DNA of 48,062 nucleotides from Candidatus Dojkabacteria bacterium (GTDB taxonomy: Archaea; Nanobdellota; Nanobdellia; Pacearchaeales; GW2011-AR1), in assembly GCA_017610445.1 (NCBI GenBank), contig JAFCCB010000004.1, forward strand, positions 1 to 48,062. The letters run 5' to 3'. Both the position numbers and the translations under genes were made by a program. Shown here in pieces: positions 1 to 9,759 of this stretch. Position 1 is the stretch's first letter, and each line of letters opens with the position of its first letter. The notes beneath the pieces are model-generated. The model saw only the letters and a list, made by a program, of their open reading frames with translations. It made no database searches and was not told the origin of the DNA.

Positions 1-552
1 TCAACCACCCCCAATCACTTCTTCTCTCTTTTTCAATTCTTTATCTTTCAAATGGAAATACTCAAAAAAATCATTACTCAATTTTAATTCCTTGGTATGC
101 CCCATTTTCTTTCCAACAACAAGCCCGTTTTCAATAAATTTTTTGACATGCTCATAAGCTTTATTCCCTCTAATCTTAATAATAACACTCTGTTTTACTG
201 GCTGTTTATATGCAATCACAGCAAGAGTTTCCTGCTCAGCTTTATTAAACTCTGCATTTCCAGTAGCAAGTTTGTTAATCATTCCAATATATTCCTGCCT
301 AACATCCATCTTCCACATATTCCCTTTTTTAACAATCTCAATCCCAGAATCTTTTTGATTGTATTTCTCAATTAATCTCTCAATCAATTCTTTAAGCATA
401 AATGGATTAATATTAGTCAGCATAACAAGTTCTTGTAATCCAAGAAACCTCCCTGCAATAAACAAAGCTGCCTCTATTTTTTTCATTCCTTTAATCTCCT
501 TTGCTTCATCTAATTCTTCTGCTGTATCAGATGTAACATGCTCTTTTTCCAT
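1..552 (-). CDS. scpB: segregation and condensation protein B (ScpB-like)
   Basis: 183-aa ORF. IEAALFIAGRFLGLQEL and ETLAVIAYKQPVKQSVIIKIRG fit the tandem winged-helix ScpB pattern. The stop codon sits at the window edge. Confidence 0.7.
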   Translation of the reverse strand: MEKEHVTSDTAEELDEAKEIKGMKKIEAALFIAGRFLGLQELVMLTNINPFMLKELIERLIEKYNQKDSGIEIVKKGNMWKMDVRQEYIGMINKLATGNAEFNKAEQETLAVIAYKQPVKQSVIIKIRGNKAYEHVKKFIENGLVVGKKMGHTKELKLSNDFFEYFHLKDKELKKREEVIGGG

Positions 553-687
553 TAATAATTTAAGAACAAAGGGATTTTAAAGATTGTGATTAACAAATAA
601 CAATAAGTTTTAAAAATTTTTAAAAGGCAGGTATATTATGGATTAAATATTTTCTATAGAAACATTTATATATCCTAAAGAACATTT

Positions 688-1236
688 ATGTTTATTATGA
701 AACAAAAAAGTATCCTTAAATCCAGTATTTGGAAAGTTTTTGAAGTTTTTATAGATGAACCTTTAAGAATTCATTATATTAAAGAGATTTCAAGAAAAAT
801 AAATCTTGCTCCAACATCTATTAAAAAACATATTAAAGATTTAGAAAACCAAAAGTTAATTACAACAAAAAAAGGTGAAAGATTTAGGGGATATATTGCA
901 AATAGAGAGAATACCTCTTTTTTATTTTATAAAAAAATCTTCAATCTTATGAAAATTAAAGAATCAGATTTAATAGATTATTTAATAACTTCTTTATATC
1001 CTAAAACTATTATTTTATATGGTTCTTTTTTTAGGGGAGAAGATGTTAAAGAAAGTGATATTGATTTATTAATAATTTCAAAAACAAAAAAAAGATTAGA
1101 ATTAAAAAAATTTGAAAAAATTCTTAATCGGAAAATTCATATAATCATAAAAGAAAAATTAAAAAAACTGCCTGAAAATCTTCAATTAGAAATAATTAAT
1201 GGAGAAGTTTTATATGGATATTTAAAAAATGAATAA
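688..1236 (+). CDS. winged-helix plus minimal nucleotidyltransferase (MNT-type) protein
   Basis: N-terminal wHTH-like segment (ISRKINLAPTSIKKHIKDLENQKLI) followed by the Pol-beta NTase signature GSFFRGEDVKESDIDLLI. Confidence 0.65.
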   Translation: MFIMKQKSILKSSIWKVFEVFIDEPLRIHYIKEISRKINLAPTSIKKHIKDLENQKLITTKKGERFRGYIANRENTSFLFYKKIFNLMKIKESDLIDYLITSLYPKTIILYGSFFRGEDVKESDIDLLIISKTKKRLELKKFEKILNRKIHIIIKEKLKKLPENLQLEIINGEVLYGYLKNE

Positions 1237-1627
1237 TGAAATATTTAAAATAAGTAAAAATAAAATTAGAATCAAATCTTTAATAGAAATGGCTAAAGAA
1301 AGATTTAATGATATTAACAAAGAAACTAAAACTTATAAAATAATTGAAGAATATTATGAGATAATAAAAGAATTAATTACTGCTTTAATGTATTCTAATG
1401 GGTTTAAAACTTTAAGTCATAAAATGCTTATTGTTTATTTAGAACAAAATTACAAAGAATTTGATAAATCTCAAATAATTTTAATTGATGAATTAAGAAA
1501 ATTAAGGAATAATATTCTTTATTATGGGCAAAAAATAGAAAAAGAATTTCTTATAAATAATGAAAACGATATTAAATTAATAATAAATAAATTGTTTAAA
1601 ATTGTAAAATTATCATTTAAATCTTAA
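1229..1627 (+). CDS. HEPN-like helical protein, partner of the upstream NTase
   Basis: 132-aa all-helical ORF overlapping the NTase stop by 8 nt. RKLRNNILYYG occupies the place of the HEPN R-x4-6-H motif, with Tyr where His is expected. Confidence 0.5.
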   Translation: MNNEIFKISKNKIRIKSLIEMAKERFNDINKETKTYKIIEEYYEIIKELITALMYSNGFKTLSHKMLIVYLEQNYKEFDKSQIILIDELRKLRNNILYYGQKIEKEFLINNENDIKLIINKLFKIVKLSFKS

Positions 1628-2705
1628 ACCTCAAAATCGCCCCAATCCCCCCCAAGTTCCAAAACTCCCCGCCTTCTTCTGTATCAACTGAAATTAACTC
1701 AACCTTAACACTTGTCTCACTTGCTTTTTTCTCAAACTTTTTGATGTCAGATTTTTTCAGTTTCTTAGACAAAAACAAAGTATCAACAGCCCCAAATTTC
1801 AGCGCTTTTTCAACTTCTTTCACACCATAAACAGTTTTATCCCTCTCTTTCCCAAGCATATTAAAAAATTTCTCTAAAATTTTTTTCTCATAAATAATCT
1901 CCTGCTCAGCCAAAACATCTCCAGAACACTCAACCAGCAAATCCAATCCATGCTCATCAGCATAACCAATATCTTTTACAGCAATTACTTTCTCCTGCAA
2001 AGCAGTAACCAAATTCCCTTCTTTTAAAAAATCCTCTTTTGTTGGTCCAGGCCCGCCGACTAAAATCCCTTTCAAATTCTTCATATCAAAAAATTCCTCT
2101 TTCATCACCTTTGCAATTTTCCTAAAAAATTCCTTAGCCATATTATCCCTAATTCTGCTGTAACGTGCTGCACTTTGCCCCCCTTTATTTGTCTTTCCAG
2201 GAACCATAGAATCAAATTTCTGCAAAACTTTTATTTTCTTTCCAACAAGCAATCCAATTGTAGCTTCATTTCTCTCAATCACAACCAATCCATAAACCTC
2301 TTTAACTTCAAGCATTTCATCTAAAGGTTCTAAAACAAAAGTCTGGTCGCACCTGTACAATCTTACATTTAATTCTTCACCAGGCTCAAAAACCTCTGTA
2401 ATAAAATTATCCTGCCCTTCTACCTTAGAAACATTCCCAGCAAATAAAACAACACCATTTTTAGGAGTTTTCTTCATTCCTTTAGTTAATCTAATCAAGC
2501 TCTCTAAAGCATCTTTCACATTTTTCCTTGTAGTCGTGCTCTTAATATTTGTTGCAGTAGATTTCTCACTCTCAATTTGTTTAGTAATAAGATTAATATC
2601 AAAACCAGCAGGAACATAAACACTAATAAGTTCAGTATGCCTTGCTTTATACTCTTTCATCTCATCTAAAAATTCTTCCAATTTTAATTTATCTGCTTCT
2701 TCCAT
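1617..2705 (-). CDS. prf1: peptide chain release factor aRF1
   Basis: Contains the NIKS stop-codon recognition motif (ATNIKS) and the GGQ motif (KGGQSAARYSR). Confidence 0.9.
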   Translation of the reverse strand: MEEADKLKLEEFLDEMKEYKARHTELISVYVPAGFDINLITKQIESEKSTATNIKSTTTRKNVKDALESLIRLTKGMKKTPKNGVVLFAGNVSKVEGQDNFITEVFEPGEELNVRLYRCDQTFVLEPLDEMLEVKEVYGLVVIERNEATIGLLVGKKIKVLQKFDSMVPGKTNKGGQSAARYSRIRDNMAKEFFRKIAKVMKEEFFDMKNLKGILVGGPGPTKEDFLKEGNLVTALQEKVIAVKDIGYADEHGLDLLVECSGDVLAEQEIIYEKKILEKFFNMLGKERDKTVYGVKEVEKALKFGAVDTLFLSKKLKKSDIKKFEKKASETSVKVELISVDTEEGGEFWNLGGIGAILRFKI

Positions 2706-2830
2706 TTTATTTTTTATCTAAATCTTTTAATATTTTAAGATTTATTATGAGTAGTTTAATCTTCTCATCTCTCAAACTTAAATTCTTGTGAGATATTAGT
2801 TATGTAATTTAATATAGAAAAGCTTTTATA

Positions 2831-3130
2831 ATGTTTTCTGTGCACAAATCCATGACAACAAAATTAACCCTACAACAAAAACAAGATATCAGAAATCTAA
2901 CATTAATTAAAAGAATTCAAGAAAAAAGAAAAAATATTGCAATACCTTATGCAATTAAAATCTGCTCAACACGCCCTTCAGAAGTACATAAACAAAAAAT
3001 AATAGATTTAGATAATGATTTACAAATTTCACATCCAGAATACAAAACATTAACAGCAAAAATGCTTGAGATATATAATAGATTATCAAAACCTACTCAA
3101 CAAATTTTATCCCAAATTCCCCTTCCTTAA
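2831..3130 (+). CDS. hypothetical protein
   Basis: 99-aa ORF with no recognisable motifs. Its last codons are read antisense through the valS-relic repeat at 3113-3166, so the true extent is doubtful. Confidence 0.25.
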   Translation: MFSVHKSMTTKLTLQQKQDIRNLTLIKRIQEKRKNIAIPYAIKICSTRPSEVHKQKIIDLDNDLQISHPEYKTLTAKMLEIYNRLSKPTQQILSQIPLP

Positions 3131-3166
3131 TCTCTTTAGCATTCATAACATCTTTCAAATCTTCAA
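3113..3166. repeat. 54-bp direct repeat, copy A (relic of the valS 3' end)
   Basis: Identical to 4667-4720. On the minus strand it reads LEDLKDVMNAKEIKEGEF followed by GIKFVE-stop, a diverged copy of the ValRS C-terminus. Confidence 0.9.
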
Positions 3167-3201
3167 GCAAGTCTTTTAAAAGAAACCATATTCCATAAGA
3201 A

Positions 3202-4572
3202 TTATACAATATATTTATCATTATATTTACTTAACAAATCCTTTTGATATTCTCTATTTTTATTAAGAGTATTATAAACATCTTTATCTTCTTCCAAAAT
3301 ATAATTTTCCAAAGATTTTTCTTCCTTATGTCCAACATATTTATCATAACTATGAAGTAAATCATTTAATCCCCCACCCCTTTCTGCAACTTTTCTTATT
3401 GGTTCTGGAACCAATCTGCAACTATCCCTTAAAACTTCAAAAACTTCTAAAAATTTTGAAAAATCAATGCCATTAGCAATTTCAGATGTTCTGATTCCTG
3501 TTCTTCTTTCTTCCTCATAACCTGCTTCAAAACCATTAATAAATCCTTCTCTACACTGAAGATAACCAGCATATACATTTTGTCCATGTAAAAAACCCAT
3601 TTTTATATCCCTCAAACTTATTGGTCCAGCTTTTGCACTATTTTTAATAGTTTCATATTCTCTTTTCTGCATTTCTCTTATTTCAGATTTTGAAAAATCC
3701 CTAATATCGCCAGAAGCATCAAAATCTACAAATCCTAATTTTACTTTATTTGTTCCATTATAAAGAACAATATTTCCTATATGTGCATTGCTTCTACCAT
3801 TATCTGCACTCCAAGTTTGATTATTTTTATCCATTAATTTTTTTAATCTCCCAGTGGCAAAACCCATATCATAATACAAATTCCTTATAGCAAAATATAA
3901 TTCACCTCCTTTACTATTCAGAGGTAATTCTCTTTTACCTTCTCCATTAACTCTGTGAATAAAATAATTTTCAATTAAAAACATAAACTCATCTAATCTA
4001 GTATCTCCTTCTACTTCAACAACAGAAGCAGCTAATTTTCTTCCCCTTACTTTTGTTGGGTAATGCCAATATCCTTTACATTTCATAATAGGGATAATGC
4101 CCTCATTCTCAAGAACTTTATTAAACTTATCAGACATTCTTTTTTCAAATCTAGCAGATTGTAATGGTTGTCCTCCAAAAACTTCATAATCTCCATTATC
4201 ATATTCTTGAACTACTGGCTCTTTAGGATTAAATGAAACACCTTTTAATCTATACAACCCACCATTACCATTTGAAACCAACACAGACCTATACCCACTC
4301 CAAATTCCAGTTAAAGTTATTTTATCTAAATATTTTCTAACAAGGTTTTTTTGCTGTCTATTAGTAATTTGGAGATGGTTATCAATTTCAGAATAATCTT
4401 CTTGCTTTGCAATAATCAAATCATCATTAGGTATTCTTTTCTGAATCATCTTAACTTCAAAATCAGGAACAACTCTTGGAGATTTAAGAATTTTTGGCAC
4501 ACCACTATCTAATTCTGCTCTTCCTTCTGTCTTCATTAATTGGGTGGTGTCTCTCTTAATTAATAATCTCAT
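3202..4572 (-). CDS. hypothetical protein with protein-kinase-like / phosphotransferase-like motifs
   Basis: 456-aa ORF. YRLKGV, NAHIGNIVLY (resembles the HxDxHxGN catalytic loop, but with Asn for Asp) and GFVDFDAS (DFD metal-binding-like motif). Confidence 0.45.
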   Translation of the reverse strand: MRLLIKRDTTQLMKTEGRAELDSGVPKILKSPRVVPDFEVKMIQKRIPNDDLIIAKQEDYSEIDNHLQITNRQQKNLVRKYLDKITLTGIWSGYRSVLVSNGNGGLYRLKGVSFNPKEPVVQEYDNGDYEVFGGQPLQSARFEKRMSDKFNKVLENEGIIPIMKCKGYWHYPTKVRGRKLAASVVEVEGDTRLDEFMFLIENYFIHRVNGEGKRELPLNSKGGELYFAIRNLYYDMGFATGRLKKLMDKNNQTWSADNGRSNAHIGNIVLYNGTNKVKLGFVDFDASGDIRDFSKSEIREMQKREYETIKNSAKAGPISLRDIKMGFLHGQNVYAGYLQCREGFINGFEAGYEEERRTGIRTSEIANGIDFSKFLEVFEVLRDSCRLVPEPIRKVAERGGGLNDLLHSYDKYVGHKEEKSLENYILEEDKDVYNTLNKNREYQKDLLSKYNDKYIV

Positions 4573-4649
4573 CTTAATTATTCATCACAGAACTCTTATT
4601 CCCTTTCAGGTTAATTTAACAAGAAATATTCTCTTTTTAAAGCTTTCTT

Positions 4650-6992
4650 TTAAACAAACTCAACCTCAAATTCCCCTTCCTTAATCTCTTTAGCATTCAT
4701 AACATCTTTCAAATCTTCAATCATCCCGCCCAATCTCTTAATATCTTTCTTATCCAAACTTAAAACAATCTCAGATTTCATTGATTTTTTAGCTTTTGTT
4801 TTCTCCTGTCTAATCTTACTCAAAATCTCAACAAACAAATCTCCAGCCCCTAACTCCCCCCCGCTGTCAATCTTCTCAAACAAACTTAAATGAATACTTT
4901 TATCTCCTTCTATTTTTCTGTAATGCTTTTGATAAATCTCTTCTGTAATAAACGGCATTATCGGAGCAATTAACTTCAAAATAGAAAGCAATACTTTATA
5001 CAAAACATATTGGGCAGATTCTTTGCCTTTTTTATTTTGGTAAATCCGCGTCTTTACAATCTCTAAATAATTATCACAAAAATCATGCCAAAAAAAATTC
5101 TCAATTATTCTTTTAGCTCCAGCAATATTATATTTAATATATTTTTTTTCTGCTTTCTCACTTATCTCCTTGATTTTTTGCAACATCCATTTATCAATAG
5201 CATAAAGCACAGGCTTCTTGCCATTATAATCTTTTAAATTCATAAAAACAAAATTACCAGCATTATGCAATTTTGTAATAAATCTTTTTCCTGCAATTAA
5301 ATCCTGTTCATTAAAAGGCAAATCACTTCCAACACTTGCTCCACCAACCCAGTATCTAAAAACATCAACACTATATTTCTCAATCATTTTATCAGCCCAA
5401 ACAGCATTTCCTTTGCTTTTGCTCATTCCATGTCCTTTTTCATCTAAAATAAAAGTTCCAACCATTAAATCTTTCCAGGGAATCCTGTTAAATAATAAAT
5501 AACTTTTTAATATTGTATAAAAAGCCCAGGTTCTAATAATATCATGTGACTGAGGACGCAGACTCATTGGTGCTAATTTTTTATATTGTTCTGGTTTTTC
5601 TAACCATCTTAATGCAATTTCAGGACTTTGAGAAGAAGTTACCCAAGTATCAAAAACATCTTGCTCTGGAATTCCATTCCCACCGCATTTGCATTTTCTT
5701 TTTATTTGCAAAGGGTCAAGAGGTAATTCTTTTTCATCAGGCAAAATAACTTTCCCGCACTTATCACAATACCAAACAGGAATAGGAACACCATAATATC
5801 TTTGTCTTGAAATCGTCCAATCCCAAGCCAAATTCTTAATCCAATCATTATATCTAACTTTCATAAACTTAGGATACCAATTAATTTTGTTTCCCATCTC
5901 TAATAATTTTTTCTTGTGCTTTAAAGTATGAATCAGCCATTGCTCTGTAACAATATATTCAACAGGAGTGCCACATCTCCAACAACTCCCAACAGTCTGT
6001 TCTAATGGTTCTTGTTTTTTCAACCTGCCTTGTTTTTTCAATTCTTCAAGAATAGCCTGTCTGCCCTCTTTCAAATCTAACCCAGCAAATTTACCTGCAT
6101 TTTCATTTAACTTCCCTTTTTTATCTACTGAAATTTTCAAATCAAGCTTATATTTTTTATACCATTCAATATCTGTATTATCCCCAAAAGTACAAACCAT
6201 TACAATTCCTGTTCCAAAATCTTTCTCAACTTTTTCATCAGCTCTAACTTCAACCTCATAATTAAAAATAGGAACTAAAATCTGTTTTCCAATTAAAGAT
6301 TTATGTCTCTTATCAGCTGGATTAACAAAAATCCCAACACAAGAACTTAATAATTCAGGACGAGTTGTAGCAATCAAAATTTTTTTATCTTTACCAAACT
6401 CAATATAATTTAATTTAGTTGTCCTTTTCAAATCTTCAACTTCTGCTTGAGCAAGTGCTGTTTCATGATAAGGGCACCAAATAGTCGGCTCTTTTGCCCT
6501 ATAACATTCTTTTTTCTTAATCAATTTTAAAAAACTAGTCTGAGCAACTTTTTGTGCTTCAGGACTAATTGTTGTATAAAGCAAATCCCAATCATAACTA
6601 TGCCCAAGTTTCTTTAACACTTTTTCCTTATAAATATCTTCAATCTTTTTAGATTCTTTCAAACATAATTTTCTAAACTCTGTTCTATTTGTCTTTGCCT
6701 TATTTATCTTAAGTTTTTCCTCAACATATTTTTCAGTAGGCAAACCATTATTATCAAAACCAGGAGCAAAATAAACATTATAACCTAACATTCTCCTGAC
6801 TCTTGCAATAATCTCAAATTGTGTATAATGTAAAGCATGCCCAACATGCAAGTGTCCTGCAGAAGCATATGGTGGAGGTGTATCTATAGAGTAAACTTCT
6901 CCTTTTTTCTTAGGATTAAATTTATAAATCTTCTCACGCTCCCAAAAATCACGAATTCTGCCTTCAACTTCTTTTGAATTATATTTATTCAT
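4650..6992 (-). CDS. valS: valyl-tRNA synthetase
   Basis: Class Ia aaRS: PPPYASAGHLHVGHALHY (HIGH), GMSKSKGN (KMSKS), and CP1 editing-domain length. The archaeal ValRS-like N-terminus GFDNNGLPTE is present. Confidence 0.8.
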   Translation of the reverse strand: MNKYNSKEVEGRIRDFWEREKIYKFNPKKKGEVYSIDTPPPYASAGHLHVGHALHYTQFEIIARVRRMLGYNVYFAPGFDNNGLPTEKYVEEKLKINKAKTNRTEFRKLCLKESKKIEDIYKEKVLKKLGHSYDWDLLYTTISPEAQKVAQTSFLKLIKKKECYRAKEPTIWCPYHETALAQAEVEDLKRTTKLNYIEFGKDKKILIATTRPELLSSCVGIFVNPADKRHKSLIGKQILVPIFNYEVEVRADEKVEKDFGTGIVMVCTFGDNTDIEWYKKYKLDLKISVDKKGKLNENAGKFAGLDLKEGRQAILEELKKQGRLKKQEPLEQTVGSCWRCGTPVEYIVTEQWLIHTLKHKKKLLEMGNKINWYPKFMKVRYNDWIKNLAWDWTISRQRYYGVPIPVWYCDKCGKVILPDEKELPLDPLQIKRKCKCGGNGIPEQDVFDTWVTSSQSPEIALRWLEKPEQYKKLAPMSLRPQSHDIIRTWAFYTILKSYLLFNRIPWKDLMVGTFILDEKGHGMSKSKGNAVWADKMIEKYSVDVFRYWVGGASVGSDLPFNEQDLIAGKRFITKLHNAGNFVFMNLKDYNGKKPVLYAIDKWMLQKIKEISEKAEKKYIKYNIAGAKRIIENFFWHDFCDNYLEIVKTRIYQNKKGKESAQYVLYKVLLSILKLIAPIMPFITEEIYQKHYRKIEGDKSIHLSLFEKIDSGGELGAGDLFVEILSKIRQEKTKAKKSMKSEIVLSLDKKDIKRLGGMIEDLKDVMNAKEIKEGEFEVEFV
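4667..4720. repeat. 54-bp direct repeat, copy B (inside the valS 3' coding end)
   Basis: Identical to 3113-3166, offset 1554 bp. Confidence 0.9.
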
Positions 6993-7050
6993 ATATTTAT
7001 TTAAACAATAACCTTTTTAAATAATATCCTACAATAAATCTTATAATAAA

Positions 7051-7218
7051 ATGGCAAATCAAGGAATACATATGCCTTCTTCAGGCGGGGGTTTAATGCG
7101 TTATAATGAAGAATACAACAGCAGATTCAAGCTTAAACCTTCTCATATAGTTTTGTTCATAATAGGAATTATTGCCTTTGTTGTAATTTTAAAAATCTTT
7201 TTCCCAATTGGAGGATGA
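7051..7218 (+). CDS. preprotein translocase subunit Sec61-beta (archaeal SecG)
   Basis: 55-aa ORF not in the supplied track: MANQGIHMPSSGGGLMRYNEEYNSRFKLKPSHIVLFIIGIIAFVVILKIFFPIGG. It has the GL-x-RY-x-E motif plus a single C-terminal TM helix. Confidence 0.7.
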   Translation: MANQGIHMPSSGGGLMRYNEEYNSRFKLKPSHIVLFIIGIIAFVVILKIFFPIGG

Positions 7219-7440
7219 AATGAAATTAGAATATTTATTAATACCTGTGATTATTAGGATAAAAACACCTCCCAAGCTCAAGAAAGTAATTTACAAGCCC
7301 ATAAACCAATAGATAATACAATCCCAATTTCCCAACCTAAAGAACTTAAAAAAGAAAAAAATTATTAAGAAATAAACACAATATTACAAAAACAAAATAA
7401 AGTTTTAAATAAAATAAAAATTAAATATAATAAATAAAAA

Positions 7441-7767
7441 ATGTTCCCAGGATTAAACCCAAAAAAAATGCAGCAAATGATGAAAAAAATGGGCATAGCT
7501 CAGCAGGAAATTCCTGCAAACAAAGTAACAATAGAAACAAGCGACAAAAATATAATAATCAGCAATCCTTCTGTAATAAAAATCAATATGCAGGGACAAA
7601 CTAATTTCCAAATCTCAGGGGATGTAAGTGAAGAAGAAAAACAAGATAACACAGAACAAGACATTAAAACAATAATGGAAAAAATAGGTTGCTTAGAACA
7701 AGAAGCAAAACAAGCATTAGAAAAAACAGGTGGAGATTTAACAGAAGCAATTTTGAGTTTAAGTTAA
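7441..7767 (+). CDS. nac: nascent polypeptide-associated complex protein (NAC plus UBA domains)
   Basis: The N-terminal MMKKMGI, a NAC beta-barrel segment and a C-terminal UBA-like EQEAKQALEKTGGDLTEAIL are typical of archaeal NAC. Confidence 0.85.
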   Translation: MFPGLNPKKMQQMMKKMGIAQQEIPANKVTIETSDKNIIISNPSVIKINMQGQTNFQISGDVSEEEKQDNTEQDIKTIMEKIGCLEQEAKQALEKTGGDLTEAILSLS

Positions 7768-8069
7768 TAAAAAACGAGCAAATGATAACAAAAATAAAAA
7801 CAATAATGTTAGGAGCATCAGCATTTATAATACACTTTCTTTCTGTTTATGGTTTAAATTACAGAACCTTTTTATCAGATATTGCCTGCAAAAAACCAAA
7901 AACTAATTAATGAGCTCAAATAATAATTCTATTATACATAATTTTATTAATAATTTCTGCTTTATTTCTATATCAAAAACATCACTAACTTACAAAATAT
8001 GAGTTTAGGAAATAAAAAGTATACCAAAACAAAAATGCAGACAAACTCATTGCATAACCTAATAACTTA

Positions 8070-8570
8070 TTGAATTACAAACAAAATAAAAAATCTAATA
8101 ATATGGAAAAATTCCAGGAAAATCTGCAACAAGCCATCAAAGCCCTGCAAATAGCAGATCACATAACTTATGTTACTTTTCCTCTTGTAAATGACAGGCG
8201 CCTTTTATTAAAAATATTTGACGAAATTTACAAATCAATCACAAACTGCATAAATACTATACTCAACTATGAATACCTGTACAAAAGAATAAAACTCTAC
8301 TCAGATAATCAGGAAAATATCAGAACTTTCGCACAAAAATGCTCAAAAACTTACAACTTAAATAATGAACAGACAAAAAAAATTTTAGAAATCTTAGAAA
8401 TAAACAAAAAACACAAGCAAAGTGCAATGGAATTTGTAAAAAAAGATAAAATAGTTATCTTATCAGACACCCTAAAAACCCAAATTTTAGATATAAATAA
8501 AATAAAACAATATCTTTTATTGGCAAAAGAACTTCTAATGAATATAAATAATAAAATAAAAGTTAATTAA
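8070..8570 (+). CDS. hypothetical helical protein (remote paralog of 9760-10215)
   Basis: TTG start in the track; M12 (MEKFQENL) is a plausible alternative start. Shares ADH-x2-YV and a C-terminal EF-x-K...I-x-L...K-x-Y pattern with the ORF at 9760. Confidence 0.4.
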   Translation: MNYKQNKKSNNMEKFQENLQQAIKALQIADHITYVTFPLVNDRRLLLKIFDEIYKSITNCINTILNYEYLYKRIKLYSDNQENIRTFAQKCSKTYNLNNEQTKKILEILEINKKHKQSAMEFVKKDKIVILSDTLKTQILDINKIKQYLLLAKELLMNINNKIKVN

Positions 8571-8573
8571 AAA

Positions 8574-9095
8574 TTATTTCTTTGCATACTTCTTTAAATC
8601 TTTTAAAGATATAGAATAAGTATATTTACCATCCTCTGTAAACTTATGATTATCCAATCTTTCTTTTGCAATAATTTCATCTGGGCAAACAACAACTAAA
8701 ATACTCCTCATATAATTCTCTTCCGCATTCCAAGAAGTTTCAAATTTTCCATTTTTGAAATTTTTATCACAAAAAGTATTATCTTCTAATTCATAAATAG
8801 ACTTCCCACTTTTTTTGCTTATCCCTATTTTTTCTCTGTAAAATAACTTCCCAAAAACTAATCTTTTTTCAGGTTTGATAATAAAAGAAGTAATAACCTG
8901 GGGATTGAATTCTGGAATTTTTATTTTTTCCATAAAATTATTTATTCCTTTTGTGGTGTATTCTCCTTGTTTAGGTGCAATCCAAAAATCAGGCTTATGC
9001 CCATCATCTAAAGAATAATACCCTTTAAAATATTTAACTAAACTAATTTCTGGGTTTGTTTTCAATCCTTCTTCTAATGTTTCTAATAAACTCAT
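8574..9095 (-). CDS. hypothetical protein
   Basis: 173-aa ORF of ordinary composition with no motifs recognised. Confidence 0.4.
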   Translation of the reverse strand: MSLLETLEEGLKTNPEISLVKYFKGYYSLDDGHKPDFWIAPKQGEYTTKGINNFMEKIKIPEFNPQVITSFIIKPEKRLVFGKLFYREKIGISKKSGKSIYELEDNTFCDKNFKNGKFETSWNAEENYMRSILVVVCPDEIIAKERLDNHKFTEDGKYTYSISLKDLKKYAKK

Positions 9096-9184
9096 TTTAA
9101 TTTCTCCTTAATTATCAAGAACTCTCTTTCCCAAAGGTAAAACTAATACAATTTAGTTATTTAAAAACCTTTCTAATTAAATAA

Positions 9185-9325
9185 TTAATTTTTGTTTTTT
9201 AAATCCTTATTTTCCTCTATTAAATTGTCTATTTCTTGTTTCATTTCTTCAGCACCTTCACTAATTTCTATTATTGTTTCATCGTAATCTTCTCTTAAGT
9301 CCTTAAATTCTTTATTAAAATACAT
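9185..9325 (-). CDS. small acidic coiled-coil ORF (start taken at the internal MYFNKEF)
   Basis: The C-terminal 46 aa of the 78-aa track ORF look protein-like (KDLREDYDETIIEISEGAEEMKQEIDNLIEENKDLK). The upstream part overlaps the membrane ORF in another frame. Confidence 0.25.
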   Translation of the reverse strand: MYFNKEFKDLREDYDETIIEISEGAEEMKQEIDNLIEENKDLKNKN

Positions 9326-9504
9326 CTTATAATTAAATTTCCAACAATATAAATAGTAGGTAATAAAATAACTAATATTGACAATATCTGAGAAGCATAA
9401 CCATTCCAAACATACGAGCAAATTATCAAATTTACTGAAACAAAAGTTGCTATTACTGTAATGATAATATCTAATTTAATTTTTCTGTCTAATCCTTCTA
9501 ACAT
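9295..9504 (-). CDS. small membrane protein (two predicted TM helices)
   Basis: 69-aa ORF with two hydrophobic stretches (IIITVIATFVSVNLIICSYV and ILSILVILLPTIYIVGNLII). Confidence 0.3.
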   Translation of the reverse strand: MLEGLDRKIKLDIIITVIATFVSVNLIICSYVWNGYASQILSILVILLPTIYIVGNLIIRCILIKNLRT

Positions 9505-9759
9505 TCTAAGGTCTGTATTTTTTTAATTTTTTAAGACCTCTTTTAATTTTTCTATAACCAGTTATAGATTTTTTTACTTGTCTTTTTCCTTGAAGAATTT
9601 TTCTTTTTAACCCTTTTACTCTTATTTATAATAATCACAATTCTTTAAAAAACCACCAAAATTAATAATTTAATATTCTAACCAAAAATCAAAAATTAAA
9701 CAACATTTAAATATAACCCCTTCTTTTAATTTAAACCCTTTTTTAAAGAGGAGAGGATT

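Noticed and set aside
9185-9504. The two overlapping minus-strand ORFs as one gene broken by a frameshift (TM domain plus acidic coiled coil).
   Set aside because: The downstream part has its own ATG (MYFNKEF), I could not identify a junction that restores a recognisable protein, and overlapping small genes are an equally good reading. I left them as two low-confidence ORFs.
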